DNA of 39,201 bases, from positions 1 to 39,201 of IMG/VR virus record IMGVR_UViG_3300032024_000227; one strand, 5' to 3'. The notes under the pieces were generated by a model. The model was not told the origin of the DNA and ran no database searches. It worked only from the letters and a program-made list of their open reading frames with translations. The position numbers and the translations under genes were made by a program. The stretch is from a virus (lineage: Duplodnaviria > Caudoviricetes). Positions 9,323 to 18,977 of the stretch are shown in pieces; the stretch's first letter is position 1; each line of letters begins with the position of its first letter.

Positions 9323-11970
9323 ATCGCGTACTTCCGGCGCATGACCTTCTCGAACTCCAGGCTCGTTTCCTTCGCCACGCGCTGCGCCAGCGCCTTGGTC
9401 CCGCCTTCACTTCCGGTCTCGGCGCCGTTGATCGTGAAGTTGAAGTGAAACGCCATCGGCCCCATCCCGCCCGCCCCCGCCAGCGCGAGCGCCCTGACTC
9501 CCACATCGTGGTTCCCTCGGCCCGTTGGAGCAGAGGAGAGGGCGATCGGGGCCAGTATCGGGGTCAGCGCCTGCTTCGTGGCCTCGACGACCTGTGTCAC
9601 CCGTTGGACCAGCGGGTGCGGCTGGACACTCTCGGCGATGGTCTGGACCAGGCGGACCTGATGGAGCGTCTTGAGCGGCCCCTCCTTGGCGGGCGAGAAC
9701 GGCAGCAGATTGCGAATCGACTGGACGACGTCGCGCATCGCCTGCACCGGCTTGTGCGCCCAGGCCGTGATCCCGGCCCATACCTGTTCCATGATCTTCG
9801 CCCCCGCCTGGAACCACTCCGTCGACCGGATAAGGTCGAACAGGACCGCGGGCAGGTCGGCGATGACGGCAATCGTCTTGCCGATCACGTGGCCGATGCG
9901 CGCGCCGGTCGACTCCCACGCCCGGCCAACATCCTCCACCGGCTGGACGATCCAGACGATCAGGTTGTACAGCCAGCGCAGCGGTGTGAGGATGCCCCAG
10001 ACCACCGTCCCGATGGCCCGCAGCAACAGGGATCGTTGCGCGACCTCGACCCACCCCTCGCCAATCCCGCGGACGAGCCCCCGGAAGAACCCGGCGATCG
10101 GCGCCCAGAATTTATAGACGGCCAGCGCGGCGGCCGTCAGTCCCACCAGCCAGGCGGTGACCGGATTGCTGAGCATCGCCAGCGTCAGGGCCCGCACCCC
10201 GCCTGCCGCCGCAATGGATGCGCTCAGACTCGCCCACTGCGCCGCCACGAAGCCCCAGGTGGCCATTGTCGCGGCGACCGTGGATCTCCACACCGTGGTC
10301 TGAAGCGTCATCGCCTGCGCCTTGAGCCACGCCACGTTGAAGAGCGTGGCCCGGGCCGAGGTCCACTGCGCGAGCGTCCAGGCCTGTGCCGCTGTCGTCG
10401 CGCGCACGAGCCCGGACCAGGTGAGGCTCCCGTAGGTCTGCGCCTGGAGCCGAAGCCATGCGAGGTTGAAGATCGTGGCGCGGGCGCTGGCCCAGGTCTC
10501 AGTAGTCCAGCGGGTCAGTTGTCCATATGTCACACCGATCCGCTGGCCGATGCCGCTCCATAACGTCCCGGCCTGCGGAGCAATCCCGAGATACCGGAGC
10601 CGGTCGGCGGCGCTCACCACTGCCAGGCGCTGCAGCCAGCCATGCACCGTGCCGACCGCGCCGGAGACCAGACTCACGTACTTCAACACGCCCGACAACG
10701 CCAACGCCAGCCCCCCGGCGCCGATGGCGCCCAGTGCAAAGCCGCCCGCCATGAGTCCAACCATCTTGCCCAGCATCGGATACCGGTTGATGAAGGCGTC
10801 GGCTCGGCCGGCCAGGCTGCCCAGCCACGCCGTCACCTGCTTCATCTCGGGGGCGAAGGTCGCGGCGAACGACGCAGTCACGTTGGTGATAGTCCCCGCC
10901 GTCGCATCCCACAGGTTCCGCAGCGTCCCCATCAGCAGCGCCGTCCGTTGCTGCAGCGAGGCCTGCTCCTCCATCCGCCGCTGCATCTCCTGGAACCCCG
11001 CCAGTCCCTTATTGATGAAGATCGCCGCCTCGGTCATGTCGGCGCCGCCGCCGAAGAGATCCGCCAGCACCTGTTGCTGCTGGCTGGGGTTCAGCGTCCG
11101 GAGCTGATCGAGCTGGGCCACCATATTCCGGACCCCCTTGAACTCGCCGGTCCGTCGATCGAACATCTCCAGACTGATGCCGTACCGCGACAGCGCTGCG
11201 TTGGCCTTTCCCAGCTTCTTCGTGTCGGCCAGCGTCTGCATCAGCCGGGCCAGGTTGGTGCCGGCCATCTCGCCGCTCAGCCCCGTCTTGATCAGCATGG
11301 CCAGCAGCGTCGCGACCTCTTTCGACGCAGCCAACCCCTGGACCTTCATCGGGATCAGGCCGCCCGCGGCGCGGGAGAAGGCGTACTGCAAGTCGCCCAC
11401 CTCCACACCGAGGAAGGCCGTCCGCTGGATCGTATCCATGAAGGCCAGCATGTCATGGTTGGCGACCCCCGTCGCCTCCTTCAGTTTGGCGGTCGCCGCC
11501 GCCGCCTGCTCGTACGGGATCTTGAGGACGACGGCCAGATCCGCCGCCGCCTCACCAACACCGCTCAACAGGTCCCGCTCTTTCACGCCCAGGCTGAGCA
11601 GGGTCGAAAACATGGTGGCGAAGTCGGCCGTGGTCCCGGGCAGTTGACTACCCAGTGTGACCGCCAGCGCATTGATCTCGCCGAACTCCTTGGAGACCTC
11701 GCCGGAATTCTTCAGGAGTGTCGCCCGCAGCCGCGTGGAGGCGTCCTCGAGATCGGCGAACGCCATCACGGGCCCGGCGAGCGCGGCGGCGGCGATGCCG
11801 CCATGCAGCAGCAACGCGCGGCCGGACGCGCCCAGGGACTCGGACATCTCGCGGCTCTTCTTGCTGATCGCATCCAGGGCTTTGAGCGTCTTCGTCGTCG
11901 CAGCGGCCACCGGCGCTGAGAGCTGATCGATCGCCTTCAGGACCAGGGCGACCTGCATCTGATTCGGCAT
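9319..11970 (-). CDS. Tail tape measure protein
   Basis: 883 aa, Ala-rich, Trp-periodic repeats, C-terminal LPFSPAKEGPL motif. Confidence 0.92.
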   Translation of the reverse strand: MPNQMQVALVLKAIDQLSAPVAAATTKTLKALDAISKKSREMSESLGASGRALLLHGGIAAAALAGPVMAFADLEDASTRLRATLLKNSGEVSKEFGEINALAVTLGSQLPGTTADFATMFSTLLSLGVKERDLLSGVGEAAADLAVVLKIPYEQAAAATAKLKEATGVANHDMLAFMDTIQRTAFLGVEVGDLQYAFSRAAGGLIPMKVQGLAASKEVATLLAMLIKTGLSGEMAGTNLARLMQTLADTKKLGKANAALSRYGISLEMFDRRTGEFKGVRNMVAQLDQLRTLNPSQQQQVLADLFGGGADMTEAAIFINKGLAGFQEMQRRMEEQASLQQRTALLMGTLRNLWDATAGTITNVTASFAATFAPEMKQVTAWLGSLAGRADAFINRYPMLGKMVGLMAGGFALGAIGAGGLALALSGVLKYVSLVSGAVGTVHGWLQRLAVVSAADRLRYLGIAPQAGTLWSGIGQRIGVTYGQLTRWTTETWASARATIFNLAWLRLQAQTYGSLTWSGLVRATTAAQAWTLAQWTSARATLFNVAWLKAQAMTLQTTVWRSTVAATMATWGFVAAQWASLSASIAAAGGVRALTLAMLSNPVTAWLVGLTAAALAVYKFWAPIAGFFRGLVRGIGEGWVEVAQRSLLLRAIGTVVWGILTPLRWLYNLIVWIVQPVEDVGRAWESTGARIGHVIGKTIAVIADLPAVLFDLIRSTEWFQAGAKIMEQVWAGITAWAHKPVQAMRDVVQSIRNLLPFSPAKEGPLKTLHQVRLVQTIAESVQPHPLVQRVTQVVEATKQALTPILAPIALSSAPTGRGNHDVGVRALALAGAGGMGPMAFHFNFTINGAETGSEGGTKALAQRVAKETSLEFEKVMRRKYAI

Positions 11971-12141
11971 CTAGTCTCCAGACTCCGGCGCGGTGTCCCG
12001 CATCAGCGCGGCGGCTCGTTCGGCCCAGAAGGTCAGCTCCTCGATCGTCATCTTCATGACGGCATCGTACCCGAAGTGGCTGAACCGGCAGACGGCAAGG
12101 GCGAGCCCTGCGGGAGAGGCTGGGACACGCCCAAGAAAGGG
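11971..12141 (-). CDS. Frameshifted extension of tail assembly chaperone (GpE'/GT-like)
   Basis: Slippery C CCT TTC at 12141-12135; the -1 frame reads ...AVCRFSHFGYDAVMKMTIEELTFWAERAA... to TAG at 11973-11971, abutting the tape measure ATG. Confidence 0.75.
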   Translation of the reverse strand, partial: PFLGRVPASPAGLALAVCRFSHFGYDAVMKMTIEELTFWAERAAALMRDTAPESGD

Positions 12142-12356
12142 ACCATCGTAAAGTAGTCGCCGATCGGCAGCAGGCCGACATCCTCCACCGCCAGCCGCGC
12201 GCCGTCGACCTCACAGAGTATCGAGATCAGGGCCAACCACAGCTCTTCCGGCTCTCGCACCATCATCTGGGCCTTCACCGCATCCATCGCCGTCCCCGTC
12301 CGTATGACGGCGGTCTTACCGGACGGAAGTGCCACTGTCAGCGTCTCAATAATCAT
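12054..12356 (-). CDS. Tail assembly chaperone
   Basis: Between tube and tape measure genes; VALPSGK...EDVGLLPIGDY. Confidence 0.75.
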   Translation of the reverse strand: MIIETLTVALPSGKTAVIRTGTAMDAVKAQMMVREPEELWLALISILCEVDGARLAVEDVGLLPIGDYFTMVPFLGVSQPLPQGSPLPSAGSATSGTMPS

Positions 12357-12883
12357 TAGATCCCCAATGCCTGGCGGACATCCTGGTAGATGTCCTCGCC
12401 GTTGACCTTATAGATATAGTTGGGGACATCGATCTCCAGGACGTCCGCCCCGCCGGTCCCCCCATACCCCCCCACCGTCTTTTTGAAGTAGTCCACCGCA
12501 AAGGTGGTCTCGATGGAGCCCTCGCCGGCCTTCAGGGTCTGCGGGGCCATCTCGCGGATCCGGCCGACCATCACCGCCCGGACTTGATCCGTATAGACCA
12601 CGGAGCTGTCGGCGTACGCCTGCTGCGCGACGCGGATGGTCAGTTTGACCGCCCGCGTCGGGACGAGCTTCGCCAGCATCTGATAATTGAAGCTCGCCCA
12701 CTTGATCTTACACTCCAGCTTCTCCAGGCCCTGGAACAGCTCCAGCGGCCCCACCATGGCCAACGTCTGATGCTCCGTCGTCTTGATCTTGACCGAGGCC
12801 AGATCGACCTCGGTCGCCCGGCCGACGAAATTGACGTCGTCCACGTACACGTTCGCGTTCAGAATCTTCTCAATCAGTGCCAC
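12356..12883 (-). CDS. Major tail tube protein (P2 FII-like)
   Basis: NANVYVDDVNFVGRATEVDL...LEIDVPNYIYKVNGED. Confidence 0.9.
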   Translation of the reverse strand: MALIEKILNANVYVDDVNFVGRATEVDLASVKIKTTEHQTLAMVGPLELFQGLEKLECKIKWASFNYQMLAKLVPTRAVKLTIRVAQQAYADSSVVYTDQVRAVMVGRIREMAPQTLKAGEGSIETTFAVDYFKKTVGGYGGTGGADVLEIDVPNYIYKVNGEDIYQDVRQALGI

Positions 12884-12893
12884 GTGTCACCTC

Positions 12894-14294
12894 CTATTGC
12901 TGGAACAGCGTGCGCAGCGGCTCGATGTCGAGGACCGCGTGATAGGTGATCCGCTCGGCCGGATAGGTCGGCGTCAGGTCGAGGCGCGCCGTCACATGGC
13001 CGTTGGCGATCTCTTCCGGCGGGTTGTCTTCCGCCAACACCTTGATCTTTCCGGCGATCAGCGCCTGACGGCCCACCAGGCTGTTCAGGAACGCTTGCAC
13101 CGAGTCGGTCAGGTCCTCGAAAAACGCCTTATTGATCGGGCGATCGAGCAGATGCAGCGTCCCCAGCTCGATGCTGTCTTCGATGATGTCGAACTGCCGC
13201 CGCACCGAAATGAAGTGCCACGCCGTATCGGTGGTTGCCGACCGGTTGCCCCAGACCCGATACCCCTCGAAATGAATCGCCGTCACCAGCCCCATCTCGT
13301 TGAGGTAGTTGGCGATGCTGTCGGCGCTATGGAACGTAATGAACGGGATCGGACGCTCCATCCCGGTCACCCCCAGGATCGGCTTATTGCTCGGGCTGTA
13401 CCAGAAGCCGAGCTCGTTATCCGTCCGCGACATCACGCCGGCCAGATAGGGGGAGAAGGGGGCGTTGACCTGCGCCGAGGTCACCGGATCGGTGATCTGC
13501 AGGAGCGGCCAGGTCACGATCGCCCGAACATTGTCGAACTGATCGCGGTAGGCCAGTGCCTCCTCCATCGTCGCACCGGCCGCCTGATCGGCGATCGCCA
13601 TGGCGCGTAGCGTGGCGGCCTTGACCAGCAACGCATCCATCACCGTCTTGCTGGACGAGTACTGCGGGGCGATCAGGATCTTGGGCGCAAACCCGTAGGC
13701 GCTGCTGGTGTCCAACAGCGCCTCGATGCCCTCGCGATCGCCGGTGGTGACGTCGATGCCGCCGATGATGTCGGCCGCGGTCACCTTACTGGGATCGGCC
13801 CAGTCGTACGAGACTTCCACGGTCTGGCCGGCCGTGATGGCCCCGGCCAGGACGCGGGTGATGACACCGGTTGCGGCATCCACCGTATAGTCGGTGGGTG
13901 CGGTGTAGGTGACGGTGCCGCCCGTATTCTTCACGACGACAGCCGCGACCCGGGCGTGGGCCAGCGCCAGCGTGTGAGTGGCCCCGAAGGTGGCCGGCTC
14001 CGCGACGACCGCCGTCTTGTGAACCGCCGCGTCAAAGACGTTGACGACGACGACAAAGCCGATCTGATCGCCCTGCGCAAGAATCGCGTCGAGCGCGGCC
14101 GGAATCGTGTAGCCCGCCGCCAGGGCGCCGAACTTGGTGACCGCGTCGCGGCGGCTGGTAATGAGGGTCGGCGTGTTGATCGGCCCCGTGGGTGAGGTCC
14201 CCACCAGACCGATGATCGCGCTGCGCACCATCTGGATCGGGTGGTAGAGCGCGCTTTCGATAAACTCAAACCCGTGTAGGAAACTGGCTGGCAT
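12894..14294 (-). CDS. Tail sheath protein
   Basis: FLHG...SAIIGLVGT, PKILIAP, GFWYSPSN, YRVWGNR, PAERIT motifs. Confidence 0.95.
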   Translation of the reverse strand: MPASFLHGFEFIESALYHPIQMVRSAIIGLVGTSPTGPINTPTLITSRRDAVTKFGALAAGYTIPAALDAILAQGDQIGFVVVVNVFDAAVHKTAVVAEPATFGATHTLALAHARVAAVVVKNTGGTVTYTAPTDYTVDAATGVITRVLAGAITAGQTVEVSYDWADPSKVTAADIIGGIDVTTGDREGIEALLDTSSAYGFAPKILIAPQYSSSKTVMDALLVKAATLRAMAIADQAAGATMEEALAYRDQFDNVRAIVTWPLLQITDPVTSAQVNAPFSPYLAGVMSRTDNELGFWYSPSNKPILGVTGMERPIPFITFHSADSIANYLNEMGLVTAIHFEGYRVWGNRSATTDTAWHFISVRRQFDIIEDSIELGTLHLLDRPINKAFFEDLTDSVQAFLNSLVGRQALIAGKIKVLAEDNPPEEIANGHVTARLDLTPTYPAERITYHAVLDIEPLRTLFQQ

Positions 14295-14303
14295 CTGTCC
14301 CTC

Positions 14304-14540
14304 CTATCCGTGCCGCTCGCGCCGCAGCGTGTGCGGGATGAGCAATGCCTGCTTCACCAGCCGCGCCACGACCGGATCGGTGCTGGGCAGCGCGATGGTC
14401 TGCCCCGGCGTCAGCAGCGTTTCCGCGCCGGCGATCACCTGAATACTGATGGTGGATCCGACATACTGATACTGCGCCGTGGCTGTCTCATCGGGCGTCG
14501 CCGCCCCTGCTGTCGTCGTCTCGTCCTTGATCTTTGCCAT
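14304..14540 (-). CDS. Hypothetical protein preceding sheath
   Basis: ORF with GGAGG RBS filling the gap in the operon. Confidence 0.6.
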   Translation of the reverse strand: MAKIKDETTTAGAATPDETATAQYQYVGSTISIQVIAGAETLLTPGQTIALPSTDPVVARLVKQALLIPHTLRRERHG

Positions 14541-14555
14541 CGGTCCCTCCTGTTG

Positions 14556-15053
14556 TTAGGCGAGAAATCGAGAGATATCGTCGGCGTACCCGACGCCCTC
14601 GGTGTATTCGATCTTCGGCCGCGTCACGGGCGGCTCGGTGTGCAGGGTCCCCAGTGCGAACGTCGTGACGTACTGCCAGACGCCGTCCGCGTACCCCTCG
14701 TACGCTTCCTGCACCGGCCAGATGGCCGACGCGCTGGGGATCCGATAGCCGGTCAGTGCCGCTCGAACGGCGTGCAACAGATCCAGGAGGCCCGCGTGAT
14801 CCCCCAGTTTGTGCAGATTACGAACCATCGTCACCGCCTCGATCGTAATGGTCTGCGTCTGCGCGACGACGTCCGTCGGCTCCGGCTCGCCGAAGCGCGA
14901 GCCGGCATACCGCACCAGCACGGCGCCGGAGGCGTGCTTGAGCTGATACGTCTCCGGCCTGTCCGGATAGGCGTCGACGGCGACCGTATCGATCCGCTCC
15001 TGCAGCCGCCCCAGGACCGCCGCCTCCACCTGCGCAATCGTGAGCGTCGGCAT
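14556..15053 (-). CDS. Mu gp37-like tail completion protein
   Basis: YPDRPETYQLKHASGAVLVRYAGSRF...GVWQY; ATG 15053 overlaps the upstream stop. Confidence 0.8.
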   Translation of the reverse strand: MPTLTIAQVEAAVLGRLQERIDTVAVDAYPDRPETYQLKHASGAVLVRYAGSRFGEPEPTDVVAQTQTITIEAVTMVRNLHKLGDHAGLLDLLHAVRAALTGYRIPSASAIWPVQEAYEGYADGVWQYVTTFALGTLHTEPPVTRPKIEYTEGVGYADDISRFLA

Positions 15054-15667
15054 CACACAGCCCTCGTGAGCGCCTGGCGCAGCAGCTCGCCGATGGCCGC
15101 CCAGTCGCCGGCCGACACGCCGAGAAACGGCCTCGGAGGGAGCGCCGTCTTCGTCCGCAACAGAAACAACGGCGTCACCTTCCCACCCCGGCCGGCCTGC
15201 AGGATGACCCCCTTGCGCACAAACGTGTTCGCGTAACTGCGCGCGGTCCGCGTCACGCCCGGGAACGGGATCGTCAGAAACTTCCCCCGCGTGGGCGTGA
15301 TATCCGGGAGCGCCCCGCCCTTGCCCTGTGTGCCGAATTGATGGTGCAGGCCATACGTCAGCCGGCTGCCGAGTTGGACCTGGTCGCGTGAGGCCCGAGC
15401 ATCGTAGCCCAGCCCCGGACGCGACAGATGGCGGCCGGACAACGGCGAGCCGCCCCGTTGCGCCGACGACGCCCACGCTCCCGCAGCAGGCCAGGACCGG
15501 CCTTGCGGGTCCTCGGCCGCCTCAAAGCGCCGGGACGTGCTCGTCATGAGTGTCTCGCCGATCTGCCGCATCACCGGCGTCAGGTTCGAGACTCGCCGCC
15601 GCAGCGCGTCCAGCGCGGCCCTCGCCTGGGCATCCTCCCATCGCACGTCAACGCGGATTCCTGACAC
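15053..15667 (-). CDS. Virion morphogenesis protein (Mu gpG / P2 S family)
   Basis: RRFEAAEDPQGRSW, YGLHHQFG, LPPRPFLG. Confidence 0.9.
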   Translation of the reverse strand: MSGIRVDVRWEDAQARAALDALRRRVSNLTPVMRQIGETLMTSTSRRFEAAEDPQGRSWPAAGAWASSAQRGGSPLSGRHLSRPGLGYDARASRDQVQLGSRLTYGLHHQFGTQGKGGALPDITPTRGKFLTIPFPGVTRTARSYANTFVRKGVILQAGRGGKVTPLFLLRTKTALPPRPFLGVSAGDWAAIGELLRQALTRAV

Positions 15668-16081
15668 TTAAAACCCCTCCATGGAACCACGGGTAAAGCG
15701 CCGCTCACTTGACACGATGCTCGGCGGCGGGCTGGCCTGTTGTGAGACCGGCAGTCCCAGCGTCACGAGCCCCTCCGCAATCTGCTTCAGCAACCGCCGG
15801 GCCGCCTCGGCCTGGATCTTGCGCGCCTCGGTGACCAGATCGCGGCGGTTGTAGAGCTGCCAGATGGCCAGATCGACCGTCAGCCGCCTGACCAACGGCG
15901 GCGGGAGCGGCAGGGGCACGTTGCAACGCGCCCCAACGTAGCCGTCCACCTCGGCCTGGGCGTCGGCGATGGCCCGCTCGACGACGACGGGGTCGGGCGA
16001 CCCCACCCCGTCGTCGTCGGCGAGCTGAATCAACTCCGCCGGGCTCAGGACCGCTTGCAGATCCGCGAGCGTCGCGTACAT
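15668..16081 (-). CDS. Mu gp36-like head-tail adaptor (DUF1320)
   Basis: MYATLADL...ELIQLADD...AIADAQAEVDGY...VPL. Confidence 0.9.
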   Translation of the reverse strand: MYATLADLQAVLSPAELIQLADDDGVGSPDPVVVERAIADAQAEVDGYVGARCNVPLPLPPPLVRRLTVDLAIWQLYNRRDLVTEARKIQAEAARRLLKQIAEGLVTLGLPVSQQASPPPSIVSSERRFTRGSMEGF

Positions 16082-16959
16082 TACGCCAACCAGGGCATCA
16101 CGAGCAGATCGGCGGTATTGCGCCAGACGTTGGTCTTGCCGGCCGCATCCCGCTCGGCCAACAGCACGTCACGGCCCGCCCCTTCCAGCGACGGCGGGAC
16201 CACACACAGGCCGGGGATCACCCCCAGGGGTTTGCCCTCATCGTCCTTGTAGGCCATCATCGCCGCGCGGGCGGCCGCGTAGTTGGCCGCGTTGAAGGTC
16301 TGCTTGCTCATGTAGGCCAGTTGCCACAGGCCGAAGCCGGCGTTGTCGCGCCGGTCGGTGCCGTACAGGAACTTGCGCGACCGAAACACATTGTCGTCGT
16401 CGGGCCGGTCTTTGCTGACGAACTGCGGCGCGCGCCGGGACTGAAAGACCAGCGGCTTGACGGCGCGCGACACATCGAACAGATACCACGGGGTGCCGGA
16501 CCCGCCGCCGGCATTACTCACGCCCGCGCCGGCGACCGGGTGGTCGGTCGCAAAGAACGCCTTGCCGTCATAGCACAGCCCCGTTGCCCCCGTGGGGAGC
16601 AGCCCCCAGACCAGCTCATCGGGATGGACGGCGGCCGCTCGGCCGAGCTCCTGGACGATGGGGCGGTAGATCCCGATCGTGTCGTCTTCGATGTCGTTGC
16701 GGTCGACCTCGATCGTGGATTCCCAGTCGCGGTTCCTGATGGAGTAGCGGTGCAGCGACAGATTCTTCACGACCCGGTCGCCGAGCCATTCGCGCATTTT
16801 GGGGAAGGCGCCCAGCCAGGCGTAGTCTTCCACGCGCGTGGTGGAGGGGACTTCCATCGCCACCCGACTCCAGGTCGGCGGCACCGCGGCGAAGGCGTCC
16901 TGGAACAGGACCTTGAGGCTTTTGTACAGGCTCTGCAGATTTCCTTGATTGATGAGCAC
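16081..16959 (-). CDS. Mu-like major head protein gpT
   Basis: YAWLGAFPKMREWLGDR, DRNDIEDD, CYDGKAFFATDHP, GFGLWQLAY. Confidence 0.95.
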   Translation of the reverse strand: MLINQGNLQSLYKSLKVLFQDAFAAVPPTWSRVAMEVPSTTRVEDYAWLGAFPKMREWLGDRVVKNLSLHRYSIRNRDWESTIEVDRNDIEDDTIGIYRPIVQELGRAAAVHPDELVWGLLPTGATGLCYDGKAFFATDHPVAGAGVSNAGGGSGTPWYLFDVSRAVKPLVFQSRRAPQFVSKDRPDDDNVFRSRKFLYGTDRRDNAGFGLWQLAYMSKQTFNAANYAAARAAMMAYKDDEGKPLGVIPGLCVVPPSLEGAGRDVLLAERDAAGKTNVWRNTADLLVMPWLA

Positions 16960-16983
16960 GGGTTCCTCCTCCTCTTCCAGCGG

Positions 16984-17499
16984 CTAGGCCATCAGGCCGG
17001 CCGCGATCAGTTTGGCCAGCAATGCGTTCAGGTCGGCGACGACGCCGGCCACATCGGCGGCTGCCGAGTTGGCTTGGTGCGCGGCGACACGATCGATCAC
17101 GGCGTCCACCCCCACCTTCACCCAGGCGCCGTCACTCGTCACGTCGACCAAGATCCCGGCCGGCACATCATTCGTCGAGGTCGTCGCCACCGTCTGGTCG
17201 TCGGTCGCATAGAGCACCTTCCCGAGGTCGGCGCGGGTCAGTCCGCTATGCGACCAGGCAAAGACGCCGCGACAGACCGTGACCGAGATCGCCCCGGCGG
17301 CCCCGCCGCTGTTATCGGCGGTGGCGTCGGCTCGGCCGATCACGACCAGGCCGGCCGTATCGGCGGCCGGCGCGGCGTTCCCGTCGCCGTCGCGGGCCAC
17401 CATCGCCCCAGCATAGATCACTGCGCCCGCCGCGACCGGGGCCTCGAAGATCTCGCCGTCGCGGCGCGGTGTGTTACGGTCTTTCGTGAGTGCTCCCAT
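16984..17499 (-). CDS. Head decoration/cement protein
   Basis: PVAAGAVIYAGAMV...VLYATDDQTV; between protease and major head genes. Confidence 0.7.
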   Translation of the reverse strand: MGALTKDRNTPRRDGEIFEAPVAAGAVIYAGAMVARDGDGNAAPAADTAGLVVIGRADATADNSGGAAGAISVTVCRGVFAWSHSGLTRADLGKVLYATDDQTVATTSTNDVPAGILVDVTSDGAWVKVGVDAVIDRVAAHQANSAAADVAGVVADLNALLAKLIAAGLMA

Positions 17500-18615
17500 C
17501 TAGCGTCCTCCTTCCGTCGTGTGCTTCCGGAACTGCTCGTCGCTGATCCCCAATGCGCGGTTGATCGTCCGCTGGCTCTCATCGATCCCGCCGGCCCCGG
17601 CCGGCTGGGAGAGCGGCAGCGTCATGGCGCCACCCACGGGGACAATCACCGGCGACTTGTCGACAAATGTCTTGAAGCCCTCGGCGTCTCGCAGCGCGTA
17701 GCCTTCCGCCCACTCGCGCTGGGCCGGGGTGATCTTGCCCTGGCTGAGCGCCGTCGCCACCAGCTCGTCGCGCGACCGCACGGCCGCCTGATCGCGCAGC
17801 GTCTTGACCTCGATCTGGAGCGCCGTCACCTGCCGAGTCGTCTCGACCGTCAGGGTGTGGCCTTGCTGCAGCGCATGGATGGTGGCCACCGCCTCGGAGG
17901 GCGTCGCCTGGGCACTGAGTTGCAGCGCCTCACGCAGCTCCGGCGCGATGGCCGGCCGCTCGGCGAGCGCCTGTACGGAGGCGATGAGGGCCTCGTCGGT
18001 GACGTCGGCCGCCAACTTCAGGATCATGACTAATCGCTCTCGCATCTGGTCCTCCTCGTTGTGAATGTGATCTGCACTGGCGACCAGCGCCAGCGCGCCA
18101 TGGATCTCCGGGACGTTGGTCAGGGCCACGGAGTGGATCGTCTGCGGTCGCCGGTCCGCCTTCCCCACCAGCAGCACCGGCGACAGGTAGCGAAACTCTC
18201 GTTGTTGCAAGTAACTTGCGGCCCGATCGGTCCAGTTCACCCGCGCCCACAACCCGCCCTTGGGGCCATCGCCTCGATCGTCGAGGGCCGTAATCCACCC
18301 GGCTGCCGGCGCCACATCGCTCGTGAGACTCTGGTGGTGGTAGTCGATGACCAGGTCCCGCCCCAAACGCCCAACCGCGTCCACGACGGCCCGGCGCGCC
18401 TGCGCGTCCATCAGGTAGCGCCCCTTCGTTTCGGTCTGCACCCACCCCGGCGGGCTGAGCTGGATCTCCGTCGGGGGCGTCACCGACCCATCGCCGGCTG
18501 CTGTCCCCGCCGATGAGAGGGCCAGGGTGAGTGGAATCAGGATCGGCGTGACCCCGGAGATGGTGTCAAGCGGTGTCAAGGCTATGTCAAGCGCGACGAT
18601 CTCCCCCTGACCCAT
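17500..18615 (-). CDS. Mu gpI-like head protease/scaffold
   Basis: DLVIDYHHQS, APAAGWI, GLWARVNWT, EFRYLSPV, SVALTNVP; start codon uncertain. Confidence 0.9.
   Translation of the reverse strand: MGQGEIVALDIALTPLDTISGVTPILIPLTLALSSAGTAAGDGSVTPPTEIQLSPPGWVQTETKGRYLMDAQARRAVVDAVGRLGRDLVIDYHHQSLTSDVAPAAGWITALDDRGDGPKGGLWARVNWTDRAASYLQQREFRYLSPVLLVGKADRRPQTIHSVALTNVPEIHGALALVASADHIHNEEDQMRERLVMILKLAADVTDEALIASVQALAERPAIAPELREALQLSAQATPSEAVATIHALQQGHTLTVETTRQVTALQIEVKTLRDQAAVRSRDELVATALSQGKITPAQREWAEGYALRDAEGFKTFVDKSPVIVPVGGAMTLPLSQPAGAGGIDESQRTINRALGISDEQFRKHTTEGGR
18564..18591 (-). promoter_or_regulatory. Three phased CTTGACA direct repeats near the 5' end of the protease gene
   Basis: TGTCAAG at 18564, 18574 and 18585 (10-11 bp spacing). 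Confidence 0.5.
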
Positions 18616-18680
18616 ACCAAGGTAGCCGCGTCGCCTGATCGCCCAAATTTGGGCCGGTTTTTCGGGTTGCACGTTTTCCC

Positions 18681-18710
18681 TTGACGCCCGTGTCGTCATC
18701 GCCCTATGCT
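18681..18710 (+). promoter_or_regulatory. Sigma70-like promoter for the counter-oriented gene
   Basis: TTGACG-N18-TATGCT, with ATG 6 nt downstream (18717). Confidence 0.6.
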
Positions 18711-18716
18711 CCGTGT

Positions 18717-18977
18717 ATGCCACGCATTGAGATGCAGACCATCTTCGACGCCGCCGTTACCCCCGAGGAACTTCGGCGCTGGTTCGCCGCCGAGACCCCG
18801 GAGCAGGTGGCTCGACTGCGCGACCTGTGTCCTGACAGCGCGCTGGCTGACTTGGCGCACCTGCTGGCGGCGCGGGGCGACCGCGAGGCCGCCTTCGCCG
18901 TCGTTGACCGGATCCGGGATCCGAACGCCTGGTTCAATACCGGCCAACTGTTGACCGGCGACCTCGTCATCGACTAG
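18717..18977 (+). CDS. Small acidic helical protein, candidate MuF immunity protein
   Basis: Only credible + strand gene inside the late operon; own promoter; stop overlaps the MuF stop (CTAG 18974-18977). Confidence 0.65.
   Translation: MPRIEMQTIFDAAVTPEELRRWFAAETPEQVARLRDLCPDSALADLAHLLAARGDREAAFAVVDRIRDPNAWFNTGQLLTGDLVID

Noticed and set aside
10200-10520. Internal repeats in the tape measure gene (SARATxFNxAWL)
   Set aside because: Ordinary for tape measure proteins
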